DNA of 64,000 nt. It comes from Christensenellales bacterium (GTDB lineage: Bacteria; Bacillota; Clostridia; Christensenellales; DTU072). The stretch covers positions 8,038-72,037 of the forward strand of contig JBMNTS010000003.1 of assembly GCA_050945855.1 (NCBI GenBank), read 5' to 3'. Numbering within the stretch: position 1 is the first letter of the stretch; every line of letters begins with the position of its first letter. A program made the position numbers and the translations under genes. This document shows positions 47,551-57,049 of this stretch, in pieces. The notes under the pieces are model-generated. The model was not told the origin of the DNA. It made no database searches and saw only the letters and a program-made list of their open reading frames with translations.

Positions 47551-48744
47551 TTAATGCTTAAGGGCGTAGGCTTCCAGCCCTTTTTGAAGGATGTTCATGG
47601 CTTTTTGCAAATCCTCTTTTTTAAGCACGTAAGCCATCCTTACCTCGTCAGCGCCCATACCCTTGGTGGCGTAAAAGCCTTCCGCGGGAGCGAACATAAC
47701 CGTTTCGCCGTCCACGTCAAACTCTTTTAACATCCATATTACAAAATCTTCCGCGTTGAGCACGGGCAGCTTGGCTATTACGTAAAAAGCGCCCTTAGGC
47801 TGCTTGCATACCACGCCGGGCATCTTGCTCAGCGCCTCGTACACTATATCCCTGCGCGCGGTATATTCCTTATTGACGGCGGCAAAGTATGAGTTGTCCG
47901 TCTTGTACAACTCTATGGCGCCTATCATTTCCAGAGTGGGCACGCAAAGCCTGCTTTGGCAAAGTTTGAGCATATTGGCGATAAGCTCGGTGTTTTTGGA
48001 AGCTACAGAGCCTATGCGCGCTCCGCATGCGGAATATCTTTTGGAAATGGAATCCACAATAATTACTCTGTCTTCCACCTTTTTGCAGGTGCCGAAAGAG
48101 GTATATTCCAGCCCGTCGTAAACAAACTCCCTGTACACCTCGTCGGCGATAATATAAAGGTCGTGCTTATACGCCAGCTCGGCTACCGCGTTGACCTGCG
48201 CCTTGTCGTATACCGCGCCCGTGGGGTTGCCGGGATTGGATAACATAATAGCTTTGGTGCGGGGGGTAAGGTATTTTTCCATTTTCGCCAGAGAGGGCAA
48301 GGCAAAACCTTCCTCCGCGTAAGTCGTCATAGGCACGATTTTTACGCCTACGGGCAGGCTGAAACCGTTGTAATTGGTGTAAAACGGCTCGGGCACAAGC
48401 ACCTCATCCCCTATATCGCAGGTGGCGATAAGCGAAAACATCAGCGCTTCGCTGCCGCCGTTGGTGATAAGAATCTGGTTTTGCTCATAATCAATGCCGT
48501 ATCTCTTGTAATAGCCGATCATGGCGTCAATAAGCTCAGGCATACCTTGCGAAAAGGAGTATGCCAGCACATTGGAATTAAAATTCTTTACCGCCTCAAA
48601 AAATACCTCCGGCGTCTCTATGTCCGGCTGTCCGATATTAAGATGATATACCTTTTTGCCCGCCTTTTTTGCCGCTTCGGCTATGGGCACCAGTTTTCTG
48701 ATGGGGGATGCCTGCATTTGCAATATTCTGCCTGATAATTTCAT
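47551..48744 (-). CDS. Class I/II PLP aminotransferase (aspartate aminotransferase-like)
   Basis: NIGQPD, LSNPGNPTG, SISKRYSACGARIG (PLP-Lys). Confidence 0.88.
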   Translation of the reverse strand: MKLSGRILQMQASPIRKLVPIAEAAKKAGKKVYHLNIGQPDIETPEVFFEAVKNFNSNVLAYSFSQGMPELIDAMIGYYKRYGIDYEQNQILITNGGSEALMFSLIATCDIGDEVLVPEPFYTNYNGFSLPVGVKIVPMTTYAEEGFALPSLAKMEKYLTPRTKAIMLSNPGNPTGAVYDKAQVNAVAELAYKHDLYIIADEVYREFVYDGLEYTSFGTCKKVEDRVIIVDSISKRYSACGARIGSVASKNTELIANMLKLCQSRLCVPTLEMIGAIELYKTDNSYFAAVNKEYTARRDIVYEALSKMPGVVCKQPKGAFYVIAKLPVLNAEDFVIWMLKEFDVDGETVMFAPAEGFYATKGMGADEVRMAYVLKKEDLQKAMNILQKGLEAYALKH

Positions 48745-48788
48745 ATATTATATACTCCTTATAAAACAAGTTTGTCGTCATTAATTTA

Positions 48789-48821
48789 AAACACCTGAAG
48801 CAAAGCCTCAAGTGTTTTTTT
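48789..48821. terminator. Imperfect hairpin with flanking U/A runs after potD
   Basis: ACACCTGAAG...CTCAAGTGT followed by T7. Minus-sense U-run UUUUAAAUU. The stem has a mismatch. Confidence 0.4.
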
Positions 48822-48893
48822 CAGAACTTTGCCTTTTGCATTATATCACCAAATAATGTAAAAAGCAATACGGACAAGCATAGTAAAGGCGTT

Positions 48894-50345
48894 TTATTCG
48901 CCGTCTTTGCCCTCGATATTATCCTTGCTCTCCTCTTTTTCCTTCATGTCAATAACTTTCGCTTCTTCTTCATTCTGGGGAGCGGGCGTTTCATTTGTTT
49001 GCATTTTGGCAAGGACAGGTCTTGCGAACACGCTTCTGCGCCTTCTCTTGGAAGTCAGATAAAACGCTATCGCTCCTCCGATGATGCCTACGCCTCCCAA
49101 AACGGACAACACGATTACCCATGTTTGGGGACCGCGCCCCGCGGCCTTAACCCTTTCCCACATATCCACGGCCTGTTCGTTGCTGGCGCCTAAATCTTTC
49201 ATAACGCCCAGATGCTCTGTTTCTATGGGATAACGAAGGGTATCGGCAAAAAACTCCGCCGCGTCAAAATCGTTGTCGGTCAAAATAGCGATGGCGCTCT
49301 CGCTCTCCTGCAGCTTTTCGGGAGCGACTCCTGCGGTGTAGCCTATTTCCATCATATTCCTCATAGCTATCTCGGGGTCGCAAAGATAATTGATCCAATG
49401 CATAGCCGCATCCTTATTATTGCTGGATTTAGGGATAACCCAACCGTCAAACCAGATATTGCTGCCGGAGTCAGGTATAAAATAATTCAGGTTTTCGCCT
49501 TCCATGATTGCCCAGAACGCGTCCCCGCTCCACGCCAGGTCGGCGTAGGCTATGCCGTTGAGCATATCGTCTTTGCCAAAGTCCACCTCATAGCCTTTCA
49601 GGTGCGGCTTTTGCTCCTTTAAGGCTTGTTCGATAACCGCAAGCAATTCCGCATTCACGGTATTGATAAGCTCCTGCGCGCTTTTGTCTTTCAGCCCCTC
49701 GGGCAGCCTGTCGTTTTCCTTAAGATAAAAGACGGTCGCCGCTACCGCGTCGCGTATACTGTCTTTCATAAGGATTTTGCCTTCCAAAGCGGGATTGCCC
49801 GCCTGATTCCACAACAGTCCCCAGCCTTTGGCAAGGTCCTCTTCCCTGACCGTTTCCGTATTGTAAAGTATGCCTAAGGTACCCCACATATACGGCACAA
49901 AATAATCGTTCATATTGACCTTGCCCTCCGGCAAATCTATCTCGCCGAACACCTCGTCTATTTTGCCTGTAATCATTGGGTCAACGTTTTCGTAGTTGGA
50001 TATCACGCCAAAATCAAGCGGGGCAAGCAGCCCTTTTTGAAGCAGCTTTTCAATGGCGTATTCGGAAGGGCATATTACGTCTACTTTGGCGTCGTTGTTA
50101 ATTATCTTGGTAAGCATAGTTTCGTTGGTGTCAAAGGTGGAATACTCTATTTCTATATCCTTACCCGTTTGCGCTTTATAATAAGCCTTAAAGCCGTCCT
50201 TTACTTCCTCGGAAATATACTCTTCCCAGTTGTAAATCACAAATTTGTCCGCTTTAGCTTTGTTGCACGCCGCAAGCGAAAAGCATAATGAAAGCAGCAG
50301 CGCCGCCGCTAACACGATTACTGTGGGTTTGCTAAATCTTTTCAT
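48894..50345 (-). CDS. potD: Spermidine/putrescine ABC substrate-binding lipoprotein with an extra C-terminal TM helix and charged tail
   Basis: Lipobox SLAACN. PotD-like core (YNWEEYI, VPYMWGT). C-terminal WVIVLSVLGGVGIIGGAIAFYL, then KRRRR and a 55-aa acidic tail. Confidence 0.85.
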   Translation of the reverse strand: MKRFSKPTVIVLAAALLLSLCFSLAACNKAKADKFVIYNWEEYISEEVKDGFKAYYKAQTGKDIEIEYSTFDTNETMLTKIINNDAKVDVICPSEYAIEKLLQKGLLAPLDFGVISNYENVDPMITGKIDEVFGEIDLPEGKVNMNDYFVPYMWGTLGILYNTETVREEDLAKGWGLLWNQAGNPALEGKILMKDSIRDAVAATVFYLKENDRLPEGLKDKSAQELINTVNAELLAVIEQALKEQKPHLKGYEVDFGKDDMLNGIAYADLAWSGDAFWAIMEGENLNYFIPDSGSNIWFDGWVIPKSSNNKDAAMHWINYLCDPEIAMRNMMEIGYTAGVAPEKLQESESAIAILTDNDFDAAEFFADTLRYPIETEHLGVMKDLGASNEQAVDMWERVKAAGRGPQTWVIVLSVLGGVGIIGGAIAFYLTSKRRRRSVFARPVLAKMQTNETPAPQNEEEAKVIDMKEKEESKDNIEGKDGE

Positions 50346-51171
50346 AAAAATGCCTCCTGTTCTCTTTTGGCTCCGGATTGCGCTGCTCCATTTTTATTCT
50401 GCGCATATTTATAATAAGCAATATTGCCAAAACCACTACAAAAATTATACTGAACACCGCAAACCAAAAAGGCTCCAGCCCTTTGATGCGGGCGTCCGAA
50501 TATATATAGGTGGACAAGGTTTCTATGCCCGTGCCCGTGCCCTTATTGATTTGGGTAATAATAAAATCGTCCAACGAAATGGTAAAGCTCATGGCGAATC
50601 CCGAAATTATGCCCGGCATAATTATGGGAAACAGCACTTTTACCAAAGCCTGAAAAGGGTTAGCGCCCAAATCCAGCGCCGCCTCATATATATTGGTATC
50701 CATCTGCGCCAGTTTAGGCATAATGCTGAGTATCACGTAAGGAGTGCAAAAGGACACGTGCGCCAGAATCAGCCTTACATACCCTTCCGGGAAGCGGAAG
50801 GTAACAAAAAATATCATAAGCGACACGGCCATAACAATTTCGGAATTGATTATGGGCAGCTGGTTTACGTTTTCCACCACTCTTTTAGTCTTTCTCTTGA
50901 GATTGAATATCCCTATGGAGGCGAAAGCGCCCATAACCGTAGCGATTACCGAAGAGATTATCGCGATAAATAAGGTGTTCTTAAGCGCGGACATAAGGTG
51001 CGGGGTTTTGTCCGAAGTAAAAATCAGCGCGTACGATTTGAAGCTGAAACCGTTGGCAAAGGAAAAAGTGCCCGTATTAAAGAAAGAAAACAGTATAATA
51101 AGCAATATGGGAGCGTACAGCAGGGACAAAATAAGTCCGAGATACCCTTTTTGAACAGCGTTTTTCACCAC
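50332..51171 (-). CDS. potC: Spermidine/putrescine ABC permease PotC
   Basis: 6 TM, EAALDLGANPFQALVKV EAA loop. Overlaps potD and potB. Confidence 0.88.
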   Translation of the reverse strand: MVKNAVQKGYLGLILSLLYAPILLIILFSFFNTGTFSFANGFSFKSYALIFTSDKTPHLMSALKNTLFIAIISSVIATVMGAFASIGIFNLKRKTKRVVENVNQLPIINSEIVMAVSLMIFFVTFRFPEGYVRLILAHVSFCTPYVILSIMPKLAQMDTNIYEAALDLGANPFQALVKVLFPIIMPGIISGFAMSFTISLDDFIITQINKGTGTGIETLSTYIYSDARIKGLEPFWFAVFSIIFVVVLAILLIINMRRIKMEQRNPEPKENRRHFYEKI

Positions 51172-51956
51172 ACTTTCCTCCCTTCGTCCCCTTCCTTATA
51201 AAACTTGCCGATCAGGAAATTGCTTGCCAGCACCAGAATAAGCATAATCAGCGACATTATACTGCCCACGCCGTACAAGCCCATGGAAAATTTGGTCTGT
51301 ATGCTGTCGCCGAATAAAAATATGTTGCCGTCGCTCAAAAGTTGGCTTATCGCGAAAGTGGAAATGGTGGGGATAAACACCATGGTTATCCCGCTGATTA
51401 TACCCGGCACGCTCAAAGGCAGCACTACCCTGATAAAGGAGTTGATGCTGTCCGCGCCCAAGTCCTGACTTGCCTCTATATATGACTTGTCGATATTGGA
51501 AATAGTGGTATGCAGCGGCAGTATCATAAAGGGCAGGTAATTGTATACCATGCCGAAAATAACGCTGCCCATACCCAGTCTTATTCCCAGAGCCACAAAT
51601 ATGGCTTTGGTGGAAAGCGTCCTAATCAAAAAGTTTACCCACATGGGCAGAATAAAAAGAAGCACCATAAGTTTGCCCGCTTTCAGCTTGTTGAGATAAT
51701 ACGCCACGGGGTAGCCCAGTATCAGGCACAAGAAGGTCGTAAGCAGTCCTACCATAATGGAGTTGCCAAGCACGGTAACGCTGGCTTTTTCTCTGAAGAA
51801 CCTGATTAGGTTGCCAAAAGACAGCTTATCGTCTACCAAAAACGCATTTACAAGAATAAGCACCAGAGGCAACACCACAAAGATAAGCATAAACGCCATA
51901 TACGGATAGGCGAAAGTGCGTCTTTTAAATTGAAAGGCTTTTAGCTTAGCTATCAC
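51165..51956 (-). CDS. potB: Spermidine/putrescine ABC permease PotB
   Basis: 6 TM, EASQDLGADSINSFIRV EAA loop. GTG start directly after the potA stop. Confidence 0.88.
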   Translation of the reverse strand: MIAKLKAFQFKRRTFAYPYMAFMLIFVVLPLVLILVNAFLVDDKLSFGNLIRFFREKASVTVLGNSIMVGLLTTFLCLILGYPVAYYLNKLKAGKLMVLLFILPMWVNFLIRTLSTKAIFVALGIRLGMGSVIFGMVYNYLPFMILPLHTTISNIDKSYIEASQDLGADSINSFIRVVLPLSVPGIISGITMVFIPTISTFAISQLLSDGNIFLFGDSIQTKFSMGLYGVGSIMSLIMLILVLASNFLIGKFYKEGDEGRKVW

Positions 51957-53387
51957 TTAAATTGCCTCCACCTTGATTTTATTTTTATCAAACAGCAAAC
52001 CTATTCTGTCATTGACCAGCCATTCGTCTTTGGTGTCGATAAAGATATCCACGTACTCGTCCGTGCGTACCACGCACTGGTAATAGCTGCCTTTATAAAT
52101 GGAGCTGACAACGTTGGCGGCGATTATTCCGTCGTTTTCGTCGTCCATAATATCTATCCCGTCAAAAGGTATGGACACCTTAACGGGGGTGCCTTGGGGC
52201 AGGGAAACGGCGCACTCCACGTCGGTATCCATAATATTGACGGTGTTTTCTCCGCTTACGCTGCCTTCAAACTCGTTGGCAAGCCGCGCCTTGTACATAA
52301 TGTGCAAATTGTTGGGCTTGACAAAAAGTCCGATTTTCTCCCCTTCCTCCGCGCTTTCGGTACTGTGGATAATAATCTCGTTGCCGTTGGCAAGCGCGAT
52401 AATCTGATAATGGTCGCCTTTGAATATGCAGGATAATACCTCGCCGGTAAGGATTGCCTTGGGGCTGTCCTCCTCTAAAATATCAAAGTCTTCCGGCCGG
52501 ATAACGATATCCACTGGCTCGTTTTTCTTAAAGCCTTTATCCACGCACTTGAAAACGGTATCCATAAGGCGCACCCTGTAGTCCTCCACCATAACGCCGG
52601 AATAGATATTGCTCTCTCCAATGAAATCGGCTACAAAGGCGTTGGCGGGCTCGTCGTAAATCTTTTTGGGAGAATCTATCTGCTGAATTTCTCCCCTGCG
52701 CATAACCACAATGGTATCGCTCATGGTAAGCGCCTCTTCCTGGTCATGGGTGACATATATAAAGGTAAGCTCCAGTTTTTTGTGCATTGCCATAAGCTCA
52801 AGCTGCATATCTTTGCGCATTTTTAGGTCTAAGGCGCCCAAAGGCTCGTCCAGCAGCAGCACTTCCGGCTCGTTTACCAGAGCGCGCGCTATCGCCACTC
52901 TTTGCTGCTGACCGCCGGAGAGGGAATCCACGTTGCGGTAACCGTAATCCTCAAGGTCTACCAGTTTAAGAATATCCTGCACCGCCTTATTGATTTCGTC
53001 CTTGGTCAATTTGCGCATTTTTTCGTATTCCCTGCCCGACTTATCCTTATAAAATTCGCCGGAAGGCACCAATTTTAATTTAAGACCGAAAGCGATATTG
53101 CCGAAAACGTTAAGATGCGGGAAAAGCGCGTATCTCTGAAAAACCGTATTTACCGGGCGCAGATGGGGGGGGAGAGAGGTAATATCCTGCCCGTCAAAAA
53201 AAATCTTGCCGCTGGTTGGCACCTCAAAGCCTGCCAGCATCCTCAGCGTAGTGGTTTTTCCGCAGCCGCTGGGCCCCAAAAAAGTAACAAACTCTCCTTT
53301 TTTTATGGAAAAGCTTACGTTATTCACAACAGGTATGCCGTCGTACTCTTTGGTGACATTTTTCAGTTCTATTATCTGCTCGTTCAT
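51957..53387 (-). CDS. potA: Spermidine/putrescine ABC ATPase PotA (long form, insertion after the Q-loop and two TOBE-like C-terminal modules)
   Basis: [30 protein letters not shown]. 476 aa. Confidence 0.9.
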   Translation of the reverse strand: MNEQIIELKNVTKEYDGIPVVNNVSFSIKKGEFVTFLGPSGCGKTTTLRMLAGFEVPTSGKIFFDGQDITSLPPHLRPVNTVFQRYALFPHLNVFGNIAFGLKLKLVPSGEFYKDKSGREYEKMRKLTKDEINKAVQDILKLVDLEDYGYRNVDSLSGGQQQRVAIARALVNEPEVLLLDEPLGALDLKMRKDMQLELMAMHKKLELTFIYVTHDQEEALTMSDTIVVMRRGEIQQIDSPKKIYDEPANAFVADFIGESNIYSGVMVEDYRVRLMDTVFKCVDKGFKKNEPVDIVIRPEDFDILEEDSPKAILTGEVLSCIFKGDHYQIIALANGNEIIIHSTESAEEGEKIGLFVKPNNLHIMYKARLANEFEGSVSGENTVNIMDTDVECAVSLPQGTPVKVSIPFDGIDIMDDENDGIIAANVVSSIYKGSYYQCVVRTDEYVDIFIDTKDEWLVNDRIGLLFDKNKIKVEAI

Positions 53388-53402
53388 GTCTATCTCCGCA
53401 TC

Positions 53403-53936
53403 TCAGAAATTGCTTGGCGTGGTGACCCAGATTATTTTTGCGTTTTCTCTGCCGGTGTTAATTATTTTGTGCTCTTTTTCCCCGCTGATGTAAAAAGCGT
53501 CTCCTTTTTTGGCGTTATAAGTGTATTCGCCCGCGATAATCGCTATCTTGCCCGTAAGCACGTAGCCGAACTCCTCTCCCTCAAAAGGAAGGCGGACGGC
53601 GCTTTCGCCGTCCGGAGGCAAGGTCAGAAGGATGGGCTCCATCTCGTTTTTCTGAGAGTTGGGGATAAGCCAGACACTGGTGCCGTCTCCGTTTTCGGAC
53701 TCGAAAAAATCGTTTTTCGTAAACACAACCTTTTCCTTTTTATCCTCGGTAAAAAAGGATTGCAGGCTCACGCCCAGCACGTTGAGTATATCCACAAGCG
53801 TGGCTATGGAAGGGCTGGCGATATCGTTTTCCAACTGGCTGATATACCCTTTGGTAAGCTCGCTGCGGCTGGCAAGTTCTTCCTGCGTAAGCCCTCTTTT
53901 AAGACGGATTTCCTTGATTTTGGCGCCGATATGCAT
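53403..53936 (-). CDS. XRE-family HTH plus cupin-domain transcriptional regulator (PuuR-like)
   Basis: IKEIRLKRGLTQEELASRSELTKGYISQLEN HTH. C-terminal cupin (GEEFGYVLTG...GDAFYISG). First gene of the pot operon. Confidence 0.85.
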   Translation of the reverse strand: MHIGAKIKEIRLKRGLTQEELASRSELTKGYISQLENDIASPSIATLVDILNVLGVSLQSFFTEDKKEKVVFTKNDFFESENGDGTSVWLIPNSQKNEMEPILLTLPPDGESAVRLPFEGEEFGYVLTGKIAIIAGEYTYNAKKGDAFYISGEKEHKIINTGRENAKIIWVTTPSNF

Positions 53937-53947
53937 ATTACTCTCCC

Positions 53948-54037
53948 ACTAAACAAATTCTTTACTATTACTAAACACCACAACATTATATGCGAGATTC
54001 TTAGTGCTGTCAAATGTTTTTATTAAATTTACTAAAC
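53948..54037. promoter_or_regulatory. Three direct copies of (TT)ACTAAAC, a candidate operator array for the XRE-cupin regulator
   Basis: ACTAAAC at 53948-53954, 53970-53976 and 54031-54037. Begins 12 nt upstream of the regulator start codon. Confidence 0.4.
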
Positions 54038-54217
54038 TTTTGAAAAAATATCCGCATAAAGTGCGGGCATAAGTTTCTTTATAAAAATTTTATACAAAAG
54101 TTGCGCAAAAATTAATAAAAGGGTATGTACAAATCAAGGTAAATATGTTAATATAATTATTAGGCAAAATTTGGAATTTTACGCTAAAAATAAAACCATT
54201 TAAGGAGAGTGTATGTT

Positions 54218-55045
54218 ATGACTAATGTTAGTGTAGCCGAGTTAAAAGAAAAGGCCAAGCAGTTGCGCAGTCTGATTATCGACACAACTGTTTGGGCAGG
54301 GTCAGGGCACGTCGGCGGAGCTATGAGCTGCGCGGATATACTGGTTGCTCTTTACTTCAAGTATCTCAATGTGGACGAGAAGAATCCATGTTGGGAAGAC
54401 CGCGACCGCTTTGTGCTTTCCAAAGGACACAGCGCGGTAGGTTACATCCCCTGCTTGGCGCTGCGCGGATTTATCGACAAGGAAGGCTTGAAGAGCTTCA
54501 ATCACTTTAAATCCCCTTACGGAATGCATCCGGACAGCCTCAAGGTGTCGGGCTGCGACGCCTCCACGGGCTCGCTGGGACATGGTCTGCCCATGGGCGT
54601 AGGAATGGCGCTGGGAGCGAGAGTGCAGAAGAAAGGGTTCAAAACCGTGGTGCTGCTGGGCGACGGCGAATGCAACGAGGGCAGCAACTACGAGGCCATG
54701 ATGTCGGCAAACCATTACAAGCTGGACAATCTGATTGCAATCATAGACCGCAACAAGTTTATGATAGACGGACGCGTTGAGGACGTTATGTCCATCGAGC
54801 CTTTGGCGGACAAATGGCGGGCGTTCGGCTGGAACGTGATAGAGCTTGACAACGGCAACGATATGGAAAAGGTGTGCGCCGCTCTGGACAGCGCATGGGA
54901 GTATAAGGGCAAGCCTACCGTTATTATCGCTCAGACCATCAAGGGCAAAGGCGTTAAGTTTATGGAAGACCAGGTAATCTGGCATTACGGCGCGCTGGAC
55001 AGCGCTCAGGTTGAGCAGGCTAAGGCCGATATTGCCAATTCTTAG
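54218..55045 (+). CDS. Transketolase, N-terminal (TPP-binding) subunit
   Basis: GSGHVGGAMSCADIL, GDGECNEGSNYEA. ATG 10 nt after AAGGAG. The track uses GTG at 54209. Confidence 0.9.
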   Translation: MTNVSVAELKEKAKQLRSLIIDTTVWAGSGHVGGAMSCADILVALYFKYLNVDEKNPCWEDRDRFVLSKGHSAVGYIPCLALRGFIDKEGLKSFNHFKSPYGMHPDSLKVSGCDASTGSLGHGLPMGVGMALGARVQKKGFKTVVLLGDGECNEGSNYEAMMSANHYKLDNLIAIIDRNKFMIDGRVEDVMSIEPLADKWRAFGWNVIELDNGNDMEKVCAALDSAWEYKGKPTVIIAQTIKGKGVKFMEDQVIWHYGALDSAQVEQAKADIANS

Positions 55046-55060
55046 AAGGAGGATACTATA

Positions 55061-56086
55061 ATGGCAGAAAAGAAAAGTGTTACGGGAACAACTTGGAACG
55101 TTTATGACGCTAATACGATGAGCGCCAGAGAAATATACGGCCGCGTCTTGAAGAAACTCGCCGAGGACAATCCCAAAATAGTGGGCGTCACGGCGGACCT
55201 TGAAAAATCCACTAATATAGGTATATTCGGCAAAGCGTTCCCCGATCGTATGTTTAATGTCGGCATAGCGGAGCAAAACCTCTTCGGCGTTGCGGCGGGA
55301 CTTGCAAAGACAGGTCTTATCCCCTTTGCTTCCACTTTCGCGGCGTTCGCCAGCATGCGCGCGGCGGAGCAGGTGCGTTCGGATATCTGCTACCAGAAAT
55401 TGCCGGTAAAGATTATCGCGACACACGCGGGCATTTCCTTCGGACAGGCGGGCACCACGCACCACTGTACCGAGGACTTGGCCATAATGCGCTCTTTTGC
55501 GAATATGACCGTTATTGTCCCCGCGGACGGAGCGGAAACGGGCAGAGCGGTTGAGGCGTGCATGGATATAGACGGCCCCGTTTATATCCGTATAGGCAGA
55601 GGATTCGAGCCTCCTTTCCATAAGGACAACGATTTCAATTTCGAGATTGGCAAAGGCGAAGTGGTCAGGGAAGGCAACGACGCTACCATAATCACCTGCG
55701 GCATAGGCGTATTGCAGTCGTCAGTAGCCAGCGATGAGCTTAAGCGTCTGGACGGCCTGTCCGTAAGAGTAATCAATATGCACACCATTAAGCCTATCGA
55801 CAAGGATATCATTATCAAAGCCGTTAAAGAGACCAGGCGCATAATCACGCTTGAGGAACATAACGTAATGGGCGGTTTAGGCGACGCCGTGGCGGCGGTT
55901 ATTGCGGAGAGCGGTAAAGGATGCGCGTTTACCAAACTGGGACTGCAGGACGAATACAGTCTGGTAGGTTATCCTGAAGACCTTTATTCTCACTACAAGA
56001 TGGACACCAGCGGCATAGTTGACTCTGTGCGCGAAATTATGGGAAGAGAGTTCGAGGCTGACGAAGACTGGTCTGACGAAGTATAA
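55061..56086 (+). CDS. Transketolase, C-terminal (pyrimidine-binding) subunit
   Basis: FNVGIAEQNLFGVAAGLA, THHCTEDLAIMR. Confidence 0.9.
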   Translation: MAEKKSVTGTTWNVYDANTMSAREIYGRVLKKLAEDNPKIVGVTADLEKSTNIGIFGKAFPDRMFNVGIAEQNLFGVAAGLAKTGLIPFASTFAAFASMRAAEQVRSDICYQKLPVKIIATHAGISFGQAGTTHHCTEDLAIMRSFANMTVIVPADGAETGRAVEACMDIDGPVYIRIGRGFEPPFHKDNDFNFEIGKGEVVREGNDATIITCGIGVLQSSVASDELKRLDGLSVRVINMHTIKPIDKDIIIKAVKETRRIITLEEHNVMGGLGDAVAAVIAESGKGCAFTKLGLQDEYSLVGYPEDLYSHYKMDTSGIVDSVREIMGREFEADEDWSDEV

Positions 56087-56100
56087 GCGGAGGTGGTATA

Positions 56101-56913
56101 ATGAAAGCAACTGCACAAGAAATTTTGACCGCCAAGCTGTTTTTTAACGCGGCTTTTCCCGTGATGAAGGTTGTCCTTAAAGACAACCCCAAAGTGGCAA
56201 AAGCGTGGGCGAACGTCAACGCTATCGTTCAATTTATCGGCAGGGACGACGATGGCGATTTGGCGTGCTATCTTGAATTTAAGGACGGGGACCTGGAAGT
56301 AAAGCAAGGTCTTTGCGAGACCAAGCCCGACCTTACCCTTACCTTTAACACCGTATCCAAAATGGTTAAGATGTTCAAAGGCAGCAAAACCGCGCTACCC
56401 GACTTTTCCAGCATCGGCAAAGGACTGGTGACCAAGCCCAAACTGCTTTTGAACACTATAATGCTGTTGTTGCAGCTTATGCTTATGATGCCTACCGTTG
56501 ACCCTACGGACGAGTTGAAGAAGTATCTTAAGGTAAAGATGTCGCTGTATATGATTACTACCGCGCTTTCCGTTGCCAATAAGCTGGGATGGGAAAACAT
56601 GACCGCGTGGACCAATCAGCCGGACAGGATTTATCAGTTTACCGTGGGCGATATGAGCAATCCCGACATTGCGTGCTATCTGCGCGTCAAGGGAGGCAAC
56701 ACCAAAGCGGGCAGAGGCGTTTACGAAAGAAAATCTCCTTTCGTCAATTTCCACTTCTTCAGTATTGACGGCGCTCTCAACGTGCTGCTCAAAAAGAGAG
56801 ACTTTGTGAGCAGCGTGTCGCACGGTGACGTGGAAATAATCGGCGCGCCCGAATACGCCGCCCAGTTAAACGACCTTATGGCTATTCTGCAGGATGTGCT
56901 GACGACGCTGTAA
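56101..56913 (+). CDS. Tandem SCP2-like domain protein, paralog 2
   Basis: Collinear with 25466-26233. C-terminal FHFFSIDGALNVLLKKRDFVSSVSHGDVEIIGAPEYAAQLNDLM is SCP2-like. Third gene of the transketolase operon (GGAGGTGG RBS). Confidence 0.6.
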   Translation: MKATAQEILTAKLFFNAAFPVMKVVLKDNPKVAKAWANVNAIVQFIGRDDDGDLACYLEFKDGDLEVKQGLCETKPDLTLTFNTVSKMVKMFKGSKTALPDFSSIGKGLVTKPKLLLNTIMLLLQLMLMMPTVDPTDELKKYLKVKMSLYMITTALSVANKLGWENMTAWTNQPDRIYQFTVGDMSNPDIACYLRVKGGNTKAGRGVYERKSPFVNFHFFSIDGALNVLLKKRDFVSSVSHGDVEIIGAPEYAAQLNDLMAILQDVLTTL

Positions 56914-56941
56914 AAGCATTGATTACAGCAAAAGCCTTTTT

Positions 56942-56973
56942 ACTCCCGCTCTTTATGGGCGGGAGTTTTTTTC
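56942..56973 (+). terminator. Intrinsic terminator after the transketolase/SCP2 operon
   Basis: ACTCCCGC-tctttatg-GCGGGAGT followed by T7. Confidence 0.85.
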
Positions 56974-56991
56974 TTGGATAAGGCCGATTAT

Positions 56992-57020
56992 TTGTAAAAT
57001 CAGATTAATCGTGTTATAAT
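56992..57020 (+). promoter_or_regulatory. Promoter TTGTAA-17-TATAAT (secA)
   Basis: Hexamers at 56992-56997 and 57015-57020. Confidence 0.6.
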
Positions 57021-57049
57021 ATGGGCATATAATTTTTTGAGGTAACGTA

